Of a stretch of 64,000 bases of DNA, positions 24,391-37,307 are shown piece by piece; position 1 is the stretch's first letter, and every line of letters begins with the position of its first letter. Origin of the DNA: Phoronis australis (Eukaryota > Animalia > Phoronida); NCBI GenBank assembly GCA_002633005.1, contig NMRA01000686.1, forward strand, positions 1 to 64,000, given 5' to 3'. The notes under the pieces were generated by a model that saw nothing but the letters and a program-made list of their open reading frames with translations, did not search any database and was not told where the DNA came from. The translations under genes were made by a program, and so were the position numbers.

Positions 24391-27300
24391 TACGCACGAG
24401 CAGACACATCGATCTGCACCTTTCAAAATGACTATGATAGGCTCACAAAACGGCTTCATGGCAACAGAGAAGTGGGAACACTTTGCCAAAAAAGGAAGGG
24501 TGATAACGCAAAATTAACTGAGTGTTCACGACTGAGGTTTTACTTTTAAATAACAAGGAGTTGCATGGCACATTCGTACCCTGTAGGTAACACTTGTTCC
24601 AGTAACTGCGTAGTTTCTCCCAAATGTCCAAAAATTTCAAAAATGTCCGTTGCGTTTCAGGGAACTAGGTAGCTGTGCTAGGGTGCCGGAAAAGGGCATA
24701 GGCGCGGGGAATAGGCGGCAGTTGGGAAAGAGTAAAGACGGCGACAAAGGGAGGGTGTTAAATGTACGACCGAGATGACAACACCGCATTCTGCCACCCG
24801 CAGGGAAAAATCAATATCACAATAATCAAAATTTTTAGTCGTCATTTTTACTGATACTTTCACGTTTTCAATGTTAATGGGTGGGAACAGGTTTTTACTG
24901 GCTAGATCCAGGTCCAATTTCAATTGTCCGATTCAGAGCAATCGTAACGGTGACTATAGCTAAGAAATGCCCCTCCCAGTCGATATGCGGGTGATAACCT
25001 AGGCGATCGGCATTGGCGCTGCGCACTACCACTCCGTGGCCCTCGTTTGCTCCTCTGTGCAGTAAAGAAAACTACTCCATTTCTTCAAAGAAAATGCAAG
25101 CTGTGTGACGATAAGGAAATAGAAGCTGGTAGTAAGATGTAAGATTTTGATCGAAGCCTGAATGAATCACTCAGAAACGCTTAGTTCTCTCTTTGTCAAG
25201 CAATAAAATTAAGACGATTTGCTAAGAAAGTGCGTCGTGGACAACTTAAGACTGTATAACACACAGTGACTATTGCTACAACTGGTTGTATAAAATATAA
25301 AGCGAATAATAGTCATTACGGAAAGAAGCAGATTTGCGTTTAAACGCTGTGGATCATTAGCAATTACATGTGTATTTCTCTAACCATGCCGTTTTCTTGC
25401 GTTCGTTTTTGCGCAATGGAAGAGCACAATCATTCTGAGCAATTGGTCGTGTGTTCAAGAATTTGGAATTTTACGAATTTTCTTTTTTTACATCACGAGC
25501 GGCAATAGTGCAGTTAAATTGTTTAAGAGCACGTCCACGAATAAACCAGACAACAAGCGATAAAGGCTATGTCACAGATTTCCTCGATTGTTTGCAAGAT
25601 GGTAGGGGTAGATGCCCAAACGTGAGCCATTTCATTTTCTAATAGCGTCTGCAATTGCTTACAATGTCACAAAAACTGTGATTCTGGAGTAAGTTCTGGT
25701 AGTGATTTTCATAGAAAACTAAGGTATCCAATTTTGAAGCTACCTAACGTGATAGAATTTATTTAAAAGACATTTTGGTAATTACCATAAGAAAGTATAC
25801 AAAAATGCATATGATCCAAATCCGTCGCATAGGGTATATCACCCCGGTATGGATTTTTGCGTGGTCAGAAGTGTACTGCACTCTTCAATCTTTTAAAACA
25901 ATAATTGTCAATTTGTTTATTTAAAATCTTGTTTTGGGTGACCAATAAATGATCTTAATACTCTCAGAATTTTGTCATACAGCACATGTACGTGTACATG
26001 TAAATGTATATGACTAAGTCATTTGAGGATAGAATTCTATGATTTGAGTACGCATCATGTACACAAAAATAAATGCCTGCGTGTATATCTGTTCACCATC
26101 GGGACAAAAAAACACGTAAAGCCGGTGAAAGTCTAGAATAGAGGCTGCTTTTCAGTGGCTGGGACTGCGGACTCCTGAATGCAACCTGTGCGGTGGGATT
26201 TTTGCTGCGCTAGTCACAGATAGCGAACTGTCCAACATATAACCATCGATTGCTGTTTACAGCTGAGAAATCAAGGAAGATCCTTGTGTTTCTGAGACCA
26301 TACCAAACTTTCTTCCCTGTGCGTAATAAGCCCCTCCTGACCTCCCTGTTCGGTGGTACGCGCCCCTAAAATCGCACTTTTGTTTGCCGACAAGACGAAA
26401 TGTTGTACCCCTCCCTAAAATATCCTAGATCCGCCCCTGCAGTGATAATAGCTTTTGGTACCACGATAAACCGAAGATTGAGTTGGCCGTAGGCTCACGA
26501 GCTTACTCAAACAAAGCATCCGAGGTGCGGAATGATGTGTGCCGGCCAGCCAGTGCTGTGAAGCCTAGACTTGTGATATTCTTCTGCGACCATAAAGCAG
26601 CTGTTACACTCGTTTACTGAATTATCTGCTGTCTGTATACATGTAGCTGTCTACTTAATGACTGCAGTTTCTGTGCACAAAACACATCTATAACTTCAAC
26701 TGACTTTAAATGAATTTCAACACTAACTAACTTGGGCTTGGGTATTTCTCTTTTCATCCAATGTTCCAGAACTTTTGCCTATTGAAACATATCGTACAAC
26801 TTTCTGGAAACTACCCAATCACTCTGCAAACGTAAACGAGGCACAAGAGTGTTCCAGACTGTATTATCAATATCATACTATAATTTTCTAGAATGTTCCC
26901 ATGTTTTCTAATGTAAACAATTTAAATCATCACTGTCCTGGCCTCATAGGTCATTTCAGTTAAGTGGTGTTTGCCAGTACACAGACAAAACATTAAAATA
27001 AAACTTATTTAACTGAGACCAGTCTCTTTACTGACCCCGAAATTTGAATGGGTTTTCACGACCCTTTACGATAAATTAGCAACAACATTTCACGTTGCCC
27101 ACTTAGTGAGATCCATTGTCTTAGCGTTGTTACCGTGCGTGTGCCTGATAAGACTAACATCGAAAAGTAAGGTAAAAATTGTTACGTAATATGCATAGAC
27201 TGCCTTATTTACATGTACACGTTTGTGTTTAACATGTAGCCGAACATCCCTGAAGATTGTGAAGCGCCAAAGGGTACCTTTCCGCGCGTAGAATTGTCCT

Positions 27301-27577
27301 TAATGTACTCGTATTTTAATCAGATCATATAGTCCTATCACGCACGTGCTCTCAAATTAAATGATTAAGAGCAGAACCATGATAGTTAAAGAGGTAAAAG
27401 TAGTCGAGGATTAGAAAAAAATACCGTAATTAAAAATATGCGTGGATTAGGCAAAATGATGCATAAATGAAGCAAAAGTCTGTGTAGATTAGGCAAAAGT
27501 AAAATAAGCAAAAACACGGGTAAACTATGTACAAGTACACGTATATGTAGATTAAGCCAAATTGTGCGAAGATGAAG

Positions 27578-27958
27578 CACATTTTAATCAGTAGAATATA
27601 CATGTTCTAGTTTAAGATTCCTTTGGCGCGTCACAGGAGACATATGCCTAACACACATTTTAATCAGTAGAATATACATGTTCTCGTTTAAGATTCCTTT
27701 GGCGCTCCACAGGAGACATATGCCTAACACACATTTTAATCAGTAGAATATACATGTTCTCGTTTAAGATTCCTTTGGCGCTCCACAGGAGACATATGCC
27801 TAACACACATTTTAATCAGTAGAATATACATGTTCTCGTTTAAGATTCCTTTGGCGCTCCACAGGAGACATATGCCGAACACACATTTTAATCAGTAGAA
27901 TATACATGTTCTCGATTAAGATTCCTTTGGCGCGTCACAGGAGACATATGCCTAACAC
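27578..27958. repeat. 76-bp minisatellite, 5 near-identical copies
   Basis: ATTTTAATCAGTAGAATATACATGTTCT recurs at 27581, 27657, 27733, 27809 and 27885. Confidence 0.95.
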
Positions 27959-28125
27959 GTGCAACCACAGAGTGCGTTGACACTTAGTTTCTTTGACAAA
28001 TTAAGATCGGTGGAATATTCAACATTTCAATTGCGAAAGCAGTTTAACTCGTGAAACATGATTTTCACTGTACACGTATATGGTTTCTAGTCACGTGCTG
28101 TGTTATGCATTTATTTGGCTCTCAG

Positions 28126-28309
28126 ATTCTGCCTACGCATCTCTACAACGACGTATACGACACCGGTTACTTCACCAAAAACGTGACGAAGCTGACCAAC
28201 AACTTCAACGAGATTGCAAAGTTAATGGGACTGATGATCGAAAAGTATGCTCGGGGGGAACTTCCTCTTCCGGCATTTGCGGATATTAAGAATTGGCAAA
28301 GTAATGTAG
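28126..28309 (+). CDS. Host gene exon E (phase 0 to 1; alternative donor after 28300)
   Basis: CTCTCAG| acceptor. Reads ILPTHLYNDVYDTGYFTKNVTKLTNNFNEIAKLMGLMIEKYARGELPLPAFADIKNWQ. There are two candidate GT donors, at 28301 and 28310, both phase 1. Confidence 0.68.
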
Positions 28310-28469
28310 GTAAACCAGCACACGATCAAGTCATTCGGTTCTCCAAGCTTGACATGAGGTTTGTAATTTGCTCTACTTTTTCTTGTTATTAGTAGCTTTT
28401 CAGACGTGGTTCTGTCATTATTCAAAATCTAATCTCATACCTATAGCTAAAAATCCGCTTTCTTTTCTC

Positions 28470-28525
28470 GAGGTCGTGGGTTCGAGTCCCACCAGGTCAC
28501 ACTGCTAATCTCTTGAGCCAGGTTT
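28470..28525 (+). mobile_element. tRNA-derived SINE fragment
   Basis: B-box/T-arm GAGGTCGTGGGTTCGAGTCCCACC with no A-box or cloverleaf 5' half. Confidence 0.45.
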
Positions 28526-29320
28526 CTAGCTCCTCAGCTCGGTTTTAACCATATATATAGTAAAGCATAAATATAGTTCCAGGTGATCAGTGCCATGGGC
28601 CCACCTGCAAGGCCTGCGCACGTCATGTACAACGTGCATCAGACCGCCTGCAATTGTTTTTTATGGCCAAAAATCAGGGTAAAACAATACCACCGGTATA
28701 AAACAGATATTCTAGATTCAAAAACAGACTTTGGTGCCTTCAAACAGCCCGAAAAGCACGAACCCCGACATATTAAACAGTCATCTCGGAGATCACACTG
28801 GAAACCGTGGAAACTGTCTGTGGGCAACTCTCAACATAATCTGTATTCACGACACGTTTTATCTCCGTTAATATTTACTTTAAGATTATTTGATTTTTGG
28901 CAATAGAATTGTGAACTGGTCTGAGGGCGATTTTTAACGTTAACTATAGTCTCCACCTGTTGTTATCTCGGAGAATAATTAGTTAATTTTAGTTTATCCA
29001 GTATTTTCTTCAAAACAATTTCAAAAAACGAAAAACCATTATTTCGGCCTTCTAGTGCCATTATCCGTTATATATGTCTACATCTGTAGCATTTTGGCGT
29101 TCCTCAGTTGATTTGTCGAGGTCACGTTGAATCATTTTACGGATTTAGTAATAGCTGTCGAGAATTTTTCACCCAGAAGACCTGAACCTTTTTCCCTCAA
29201 AAATATACTTCAACTCTTCATCCAAAGTCAATACAGAAATTGGATTCAGAATGTCTGAACTCAACGCTTTCACTCTCCTTTTTGGCGGATCACTGCAGCA
29301 ATTTTTCGTGAAGTTTGTAA

Positions 29321-32300
29321 TAGTCTAGACGCATTTCTGGAAAATGTGCATGTTAGAGGCATTTTTTAGTAAAAGTGGAGAACCTATCTTTTTAGCATAA
29401 TTATGGTATGCTGATTTCGATTACGCCTGTTCCCAAGCTGGATTTTGAGTTTTTGACCATCTAATTTGCATAAACAAAATGGCCGCCAAACCAACAGGAT
29501 AAGAAACATTCGTAAGACCAGGAGTACAATATGTGACGAATAATTAGGAAATTTTTGCTTCAAAAACATAATGTAAGTGTGTTTAGATCACTCAAATTTA
29601 AGAGCATATTAATGAACGTCATTAAATTCCCCAATTATGCTAATTAGCTTCCGCCATTACCAAAAAATTCAAATTTCGGTGTAACTTTATCAATTTGCAG
29701 GCAAACATGACAACTAAGGTGTCTATACCTATGTTTTGAAGGTCTAGAAAAATCATTATGACACATGTGAAGCTTTTTATTTCATCTTCACTAAGTCACA
29801 AATGTTCATTAATAAGGTCTGAAAATTAAATTAGAAATCGCTTTTTGCGAACATCTCACTATTTAGATAGGACATAAAAGTATTGTAAACATAACAACAT
29901 GACTTTTAAATACTGTTGTAAAGAGATGCGTGGCCATATCGTCCCATTTTGGACAGGAACATACCGTCCTCACAGTCGACCAAGCGCTCTGCTGCAGATT
30001 AATGGAGCTTACGTGGTCGGTCCCAGAATACCAAAATATGTTAATACAGTACCTCGTTTAGTGGCTCTTCACGTATCAATGAACTTTATCAAGGCCACAG
30101 AAGATCACCTGAGTGATTCCGGAATAGCTGAGGTGTGTATAGAGAGTGCAGTACTTGGAACTGGTCCTCAGAGGAAAGTCGTACAGCAAAGCTACAGTAT
30201 GAGGGCACACAAACTGTCTTTGCAAGCTCTGTGGCATCTCCTGCGAGTGTCAAGCCTTCTCTCGTTTATTGCAGAAGCGACTGTCATGCTTGTATTACCA
30301 GTATGTCTGCAGATGATGATCCACAGAAAATTCCGGAGTTTTTAACATTTCTTAATTAGGATAAGTTCAGGAAACTCCTGGGCATTTTGTCAACAGTAGT
30401 TCTGATGATGTGAATTTCAGCTTCTGGTGGAGTTACGTGTACATCGTTCCAATATTGTAAAAGTACACATGCTCTCAACGGAATGGTATTTTGGAACTGC
30501 ATCTCTATTCATTTACTCTCGTACTGCCTCACCGAATTATGCTCGAGTGTGGTGCGGTCTTTTTAGCGGAGATACATCAGCTTCCACTGCAGTCTGTTTG
30601 GTCAGAGTTTCAAGCAGGAAATTTTGTAGTCAAACGCTCTCCTCATTTGCTCTGTCAGGTAGATGCTGACCAATGGGTAAATGGGGCAGGCAAAAAGGAG
30701 GGGGTATCATCGGTAATACCAAAACCTCGTCAGCTCTATAGAGGTGGACACTCTCATTTAATCTGAAATCTCATATAGCTGAACAAACTTACTGCTGTGG
30801 GAGTACATAGTTTCATAACGAAGCCACGAGGCAACTGTTGAGAGTTCCCTTCTTTACGCATTCCATGGATTGAAGGTCTTCTCATCCGCAAGGCCTTAGC
30901 TGCTACAAAGCCTTGCAACAAAAGACCTAGCAACAGCACTAATCCAAGAGTCACTTTTACATGCTAAGGAACTTGGACACGAACAAACTAAGAAATTTGT
31001 TCGAGACCGATTATCACTGAGCAATGCGATAATTCAGACATGTCAATTCACGCGCCTATGCGCAAAAATAATACCCCAACATTTGCCAACTTACATGATG
31101 TGGTGAAACAATCCAAAGACAAAGACAAGAAAATAGTTCTTAAGGCACAGAGAGATATACTTCACTGCCTAGCTATGGCTTATGAGGTGGGTCGGCCAGT
31201 TGATTTGCCGTCTGTGCTCAAACGCGAGCTTCTTCCCGTCCATGTTTTCTTACAGAAACGAGTGGCACATTGCGCACTGGAGATAAATCTTCACTTGCCG
31301 AAGTATTAATAGTCAACACATCGAGTGTCCTACAACAATTCAACTTCATGGCATGCCCGCTTGCCTCATTATTGATGGCGAAGCATTGATGGTAGCTCTT
31401 GGGAAGCTTCATGGTGATGTGACCTTTGAGAACCTGACTGATTCATTCATGAAAACAGTGCTAAACACAGGATTTCGATATCATAAAATTGACATTGTAT
31501 TTGACAGATACAGACAAGAAACTATGAAATACACAAATTACAGGAAAACAGCGTAGTAAAGGAATACAGAAAATCAGGTGATTTTTGGAAGGCCGTGGTG
31601 TACCTCTTCCTCAAAACTGGTCAAATTTTCAGGCACTGGCTGAGAATAAAGAAGACCTAGCACATTTCCTGTCAGAGGAATTGTGTTTGTAGACGCCTGA
31701 AGATAAAGAGTTTATGGTTGCAGGAGGGTTCAAAGATGAGCTGGAAGTAAATTAAATCATCTAAGGTTATGACTGACTTGAGGACTCTGAAATCCACACA
31801 TGAAGAAGCAGATGCTAGACTGGTACTGCATGCTGTCCACATTCAATCGTATTTCCAGAGACACCCGATGTTCTACTGCTTCTGGTATCGCACTTCCAAC
31901 AAATGCAAAGTGAGCATATCTGTATGATGTCAGGCACATCAAAGAAATGACGATATATACATACTGAAGCACTTTTCAACAAACTACTAAGAGACTCAAC
32001 AACATCCTTTTTTGCTTTTCATGCCGTGACCGGGTTTGGCACCAACTCGTACTTTGCCAATCACATGAAACTATCATCATGGAAGGTGTTCCTAGAGCAT
32101 CACAGATTGCTTAAGAACCCCTGCATTGGTGAAATCACTGAGCAAATTACGATGGCTTCAGAAGTATTTGTCTGCAGAATATACAACACGACCTGTAGAT
32201 GTAGCACGCCATTTACTATTCTCCAACCCCGTGAACCCAGAAGTCCTTCCCCCTCACCCATAATGCCCGCCGTTTCCATCTGATGAGAGTGCACTATCAG

Positions 32301-33278
32301 GTCAAGGTATGGCGAAATGATCATTGTTCCATACCTGAACTCCCAGCACCCTCTGATATGGGGGGACACACACTAACTTATGCTTGCAGTCCATACTGAT
32401 GACACAGAGTTCTATCCCAGACAGGTGCCTAGAGATGGTATTTTGTGCATGCCAGAAACAACGCAACAGTAGACAATGCATATCATTATGCTCATGCCAG
32501 CAGCACATTCCTTGTATGCAAACAGTTTGATTTGCCTGGCTTTAGGCATGTTAAAAAGTACAAAAAAGTGAATGCTAAAACTGTGTTCAGCAGGCCTGAA
32601 AATAATTCATGCAAATGAGAATTTAATGTCTTCAATAACAATAACTATATTGATTTTTTATGAATGGAAGATAACGGGATAGTGTGAACATTTGTCCTAT
32701 ATTCCATCAAACTAGTGACACCTTGCTTGACGAGCATTGCAGATTAATGACTATTTTCCCCATTCTGAAAGTATACATCTGTAACCCAATAAATATGAAA
32801 TAAATTGCTCCAAAAATGTCTTTAGCATGTTTGTTGACCATGAAAATATTAGTATAAACAACTCATTTTTCAAGTTAGCCTGCAGGAACACAAACTTTAG
32901 ACGCAAATTACATTGTATGGTATTGGCGGCACCTAATTTGCATAATTAGTTTTCAGACTTGCATTTTTTAGTTTTTTTTTGTATTCATAAGTGATTTATT
33001 GCTCAAGAAGTATTTATAAGAAGTGAACAGGTGAGACATTTCACCATTTTAAATGGTATATGGTGATTTCTATTACAAAAATACATCTGAGCTTGACAAT
33101 TTGGCCGCCATTTTGTTTATGCAAATTAGATGGTCAAAAATGCAAAATTCGGCTTGGGAACAGGGTTAGTTGAATTCGCCATACCTTGATTGTGTAAAAA
33201 AGTCTTGTTCCCAACTTTTACTAAAAAATGCTTCTAGAACCTTATACAGGGCTCTTTTCAGGAAATGCGTCTAGACTA
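29321..33278 (+). mobile_element. Academ (AcademX-type) DNA transposon, decayed
   Basis: TIR TAGTCTAGACGCATTTC / GAAATGCGTCTAGACTA, extending imperfectly for a few hundred bp. 3-bp TSD TAA (29318-29320 and 33279-33281). TAG termini with a 3-bp TSD fit Academ. Confidence 0.85.
29930..32520 (+). pseudogene. Academ transposase/XPG-like nuclease pseudogene, 5' part deleted
   Basis: Frameshifted motifs GQEHTVLTVDQAL, PRLVALHVSMNF, HKLSLQALW, CLIIDGEAL, DIVFDRY, HEEADARLVLHA, FHAVTG and a Cys-rich tail. Confidence 0.75.
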
Positions 33279-33549
33279 TAATGAAATGAAACCAGTTCCA
33301 ATAATTTGCTGTGACATGTAAACAATGTACATGCACGACATCTCAAACTGGAAGAACAAAAGTGGATTGAGCATGATGAAAATGGCCAAAAGGTGGCGCA
33401 ATTCATTCATTTTTTACAGAAACAGGTACATATACAAATATACACAACACATCCACCGTACAGACCTGTACAAAAATCAAGAAAGCATTTGATTGTTACT
33501 TCCAAGTCATGTGCATTTAAAAGGTATTACTTCAATTTCTGTTCCGTCA

Positions 33550-36500
33550 TCTGGTCAACTATCTGGCACCCTTTATGATTCAAAAACATATTTCCAATTC
33601 TCCCATTTGTTTGTATCGCTAAAGTTCCGTGCGTTTAAAGAACCACTGACTTCTTCATAATAGAACACCCTTAAAATTTGTACATATTGAATTAGGTTTG
33701 ACATGAGCATATTTCATTTTCAAAAGGAAAGTTTTTGTTTAAAAAAGGAACCAGTTCAAAATTCTCTTCTGTTCATTTTAACGATCAAATATAATGGTGG
33801 TTTTGTCTATTTCAAAATTTACTTGCATTGCAGTAATCAACCAGAGACGTACCCCATTACAGAAAGAGTTAGTGTGTTCACATTCAAAGATTAAATGTTT
33901 TATGCCATTGATGTTATGTCATTTTTGCACAGATTACATTAAAAACTCCGAAATCCCCTTTTCCTCAAAATAATGTTCTTAGAGAAAAAAGGGGAAAGGG
34001 GTCCATATACCTTTTTAGAATGAAATACTTGGAAAACAAATTCAAATATATTTCATTGCACGAAAATTTGAAAGCTGACATTAATTTGACGATTCGTCTG
34101 AAAACTTTCAAAGGTAAAAAAGTTGCAATCCCACAACTAAAAATCGTTTACAAATATACCTTTAAAAACGAATGACTCATAAATACAAAGGCTCTATTCC
34201 ACCGTAATGTTACTGTTGGCGCACCCATTAATTGACGCCGCATGTTTGTGTCCAGAAATAGTTCGTTTGTGAACTAAAAGGCTCCAATGCTGGAAGCATT
34301 CTTTCCAAAAATTGTTACAGTTATTTTAACTAATAAACTTGTACTCGCCGTACATGTAGCTCAACATTCAATCTCTAGTAAGCCCGATAACTTTTTGCAA
34401 AAAACCTTCTAATCTATGAAATTTCTAAAGACATATGACATTTTCTGACACAATCGTCTTCAATCCACCCTCTTCATTCTTCATTGGATGTCATGAGTAC
34501 TCCTCTTTTTATCAGGTTTACCGTCCCATACGTTAATCAGATTCTTCATTTCCATTATTTTTGCATCAAAGTTTCCAAGTTCACATTTAAATTAATAACC
34601 AAAAGCCTAAAGTGAAACACTTCTTGAGAGAATTTTCTTCTTCCAATCCACACTACTTTTCTCTTAGCATATTTTATCTTCAGCCCAGACATCATAGTTA
34701 TTTATAAGTGCTGCCAAGGATCATGGAGTTCCGGCTAATGTGAAAGTTGTGTCGTCTGCGTGTTGTGTTTTTAAATCGTAATTTTCGTTGTCGATTTTAA
34801 TAGATTTCATTTCAGGATCTTATTTAACATACACAGACAAAATGTCAGCTTATATAATAATATAATTGGATAGAGGATTACCTTGTCGACATCAGCGTTT
34901 CAGTATGAAAGTGTCTGACAGAAGTCCATTTCGTATTACACGGGCAATTGGTTTATTATAAAATGCTCTTAAATTTCAAAAAATATTGGCCTTGAAATTG
35001 AAATTATTCAGGACTCTGAATACAAACTCCCAGGAGGCACTGTCAAAAGCCTTTTCAAAATGTACCAACGCACGTACTTCTGTAATGTTGCGTTTGCCCA
35101 TATGACTCATAATATCATACATTATTCTTATGTTCTCAGACATAAAAATCCCTTTAAGAAATCCGGTTTGGATATTGTCACGCAACATTTCATAGCGCCA
35201 AAAGCTGACGCAAATATGCACAACATTGTTAGGCGAACTTAGGGGGCCCAGGGTACCCCCCCCCCTTGGCTGTGGCAACCAAAATAAAGCGGCAACAGCG
35301 TCAAGCGTCAGTAAATATTGATTTCAGTAACTAGGAACGGTAACAAATGTGAGAGGGGGCTCAGAGCCTCGACACAAGTCATCTACGGCACCTTCAACTT
35401 CCTGTCAGCCTGCGCACATGTAATCGCGCTTTGCCCAATTCCCCGAGGCACCATGTTGCCCTAGTCCTTATGGAGTGTTGGATCCGCTACTCGATTTTAT
35501 AGCAGAATAGCTGCGGTGGAACGCCACTCGGTCTTTAAGTTGTTCAACATTTCCATGTAGTAAACCAACATACCATAACGCCTATTTAAAGTAGGAAAAT
35601 TATTTATCAAAATGTGACATTGATGTATGTCGCATAAACAGAAAGTGCTGGAGTGACGTTAGTTCCCATGTGTCCTTCTGATCCCCGGGAGCTGTCTGAA
35701 GGTCGTTTTTTCGGGCTGGTTAGTTGTTTTGAAGGTGTTTTTGACTCCGGCATACATGTATCTGTTTTACACTGACACACCTGTTTCGATGAAACACCAT
35801 GGAAATGACTGAAGTTGGTGGATACGTTTCCACGATGTCCCTTGGTCACTTCAGTCCGACTGGTATCTCTGCCGTTTGGACGAGTCCACTCTGTCTCTGA
35901 GTAGGTGGTTTGAGACACGTGGCAGCTGGTAAATCTACCAAACCTTGAAGAAAAACTGTATTATTTCATTCCCTTGCATCCTCAGCTAACAAATTTAAAT
36001 CGTTATCAATAAGTTTGACTACCCCATGGTTTACGAATGCACACCATTGTAAGATTTATGTAACTGGTGCTTATTCCATCAACTTTGTTAGATCACATTA
36101 TGATCAATACATGTAGAGATATTGGGAACCAGTTGTATTGTTTTCTTCTTCAGACAAATCCATGAAAAGGCGAAAGAATACGTTAACCTGCTTGGAATTG
36201 TGAAAGATGAATATTTGCCCGCTTATGTCAAACCGCTAATGGCCATATTCAACGATTTCCTCAGTCTTCTCGTGGCAGTTCTCAACAGCTTTAAGTGTTC
36301 GTCTGATGATTGCTCCGTGTTCACAAGTAATTTTTGCTTGAGCACTGAAACAGCATTGTTTGTTTACTATACATTTCCTTTGTCTAGTGAAGATTTCTTC
36401 CCCATCTTAATTTTGTTTTAACGTTCCTTTTCCCTGCACATTCAAAAGGAATTGACGCGCAATTGTTTTAACTTCTTGAACGTCGGCACCACCTTTTCCA

Positions 36501-36800
36501 TTCGGTTTTGTTTACCTCAACGGCTTATCAAGACGTCATCAAATTTTGTTTACTGTTGTATTACGGTCAAGGTGAACTGTGCTCTTACATTCGTAGTCAT
36601 GACTGTTGTGTCCTGAGTAATATCGGTACTTTCTTTCAAGCTCCATTCACGGCTTTCGACAATCTGCCAAATGCACAGATACTGGCCAGAGCTTTTAAGT
36701 TCTTCTTCGAGGTTTTTAACAGCTTCGAGACAGAGGTAAGACACAATGATAATATACTGCTTGTTTGTTGTTAGACGCAAAACGCGGTGAACAGTGTGTA
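33550..36800 (-). mobile_element. L1/Tx1-like LINE remnant (ORF1 pieces plus RT fragment)
   Basis: 34976-35190 reads QTGFLKGIFMSENIRIMYDIM...VHFEKAFDSASWEFVFRVL (RT motifs). Degenerate QG.PLS and ADDTT motifs follow at 34750-34890. Boundaries are approximate. Confidence 0.65.
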
Positions 36801-36859
36801 TTTGCATATTCTAATAACTTAGCTTATGAATACCATATTCATACAGCTATTAATATCGT

Positions 36860-36923
36860 TATTATTATTATTGTTACTGTTATTATTATTGTTATTATTA
36901 TTGTTATTATTATTATTATTATC

Positions 36924-36957
<34 letters not shown>

Positions 36958-37090
36958 CCATTAATATCAATATCGTCATCATCATCATCATTATTAGTAT
37001 TAACGTTACTACAATTGTTATCATTATACTTTTCACCTTCATCATTATCATTGGTGTCGTTGTCGTAATCGTCATAGTCATCGTCACGTA
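36860..37090. repeat. (ATT/ATC)n compound microsatellite
   Basis: Long runs of ATT, ATC and GTC triplets, which produce the poly-I/L/M ORFs in the track. Confidence 0.95.
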
Positions 37091-37274
37091 CATTGCTGTA
37101 ATTTTATTGCAAATTCTTCTTTCTTTCCTTGTTGTTTTTAAGTGAGTTACGCTGCGGTATTCTCTCAGTTTTATTGCCACTAGCATTGTGTTGCCCACAC
37201 TTGTACCATTGGTAGGGGATTGTGGAAAAGATCGTATGGAAATTAAACATTAGATATGCAAATGCAGTTCATTG

Positions 37275-37307
<33 letters not shown>

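Noticed and set aside
27578-27958. CRISPR-like regular array
   Set aside because: The whole unit repeats with no unique spacers, and the context is eukaryotic.
28470-28500. tRNA gene
   Set aside because: Only the T-arm/B-box is present and no cloverleaf can be formed.
36122-36421. Protein-like + strand ORF with a good acceptor, a possible host exon
   Set aside because: It has no convincing donor, its phase does not join exon E, and it lies antisense to the LINE remnant.
36765-37198. Poly-Ile/Leu/Met hydrophobic ORFs
   Set aside because: These are translations of a trinucleotide microsatellite.
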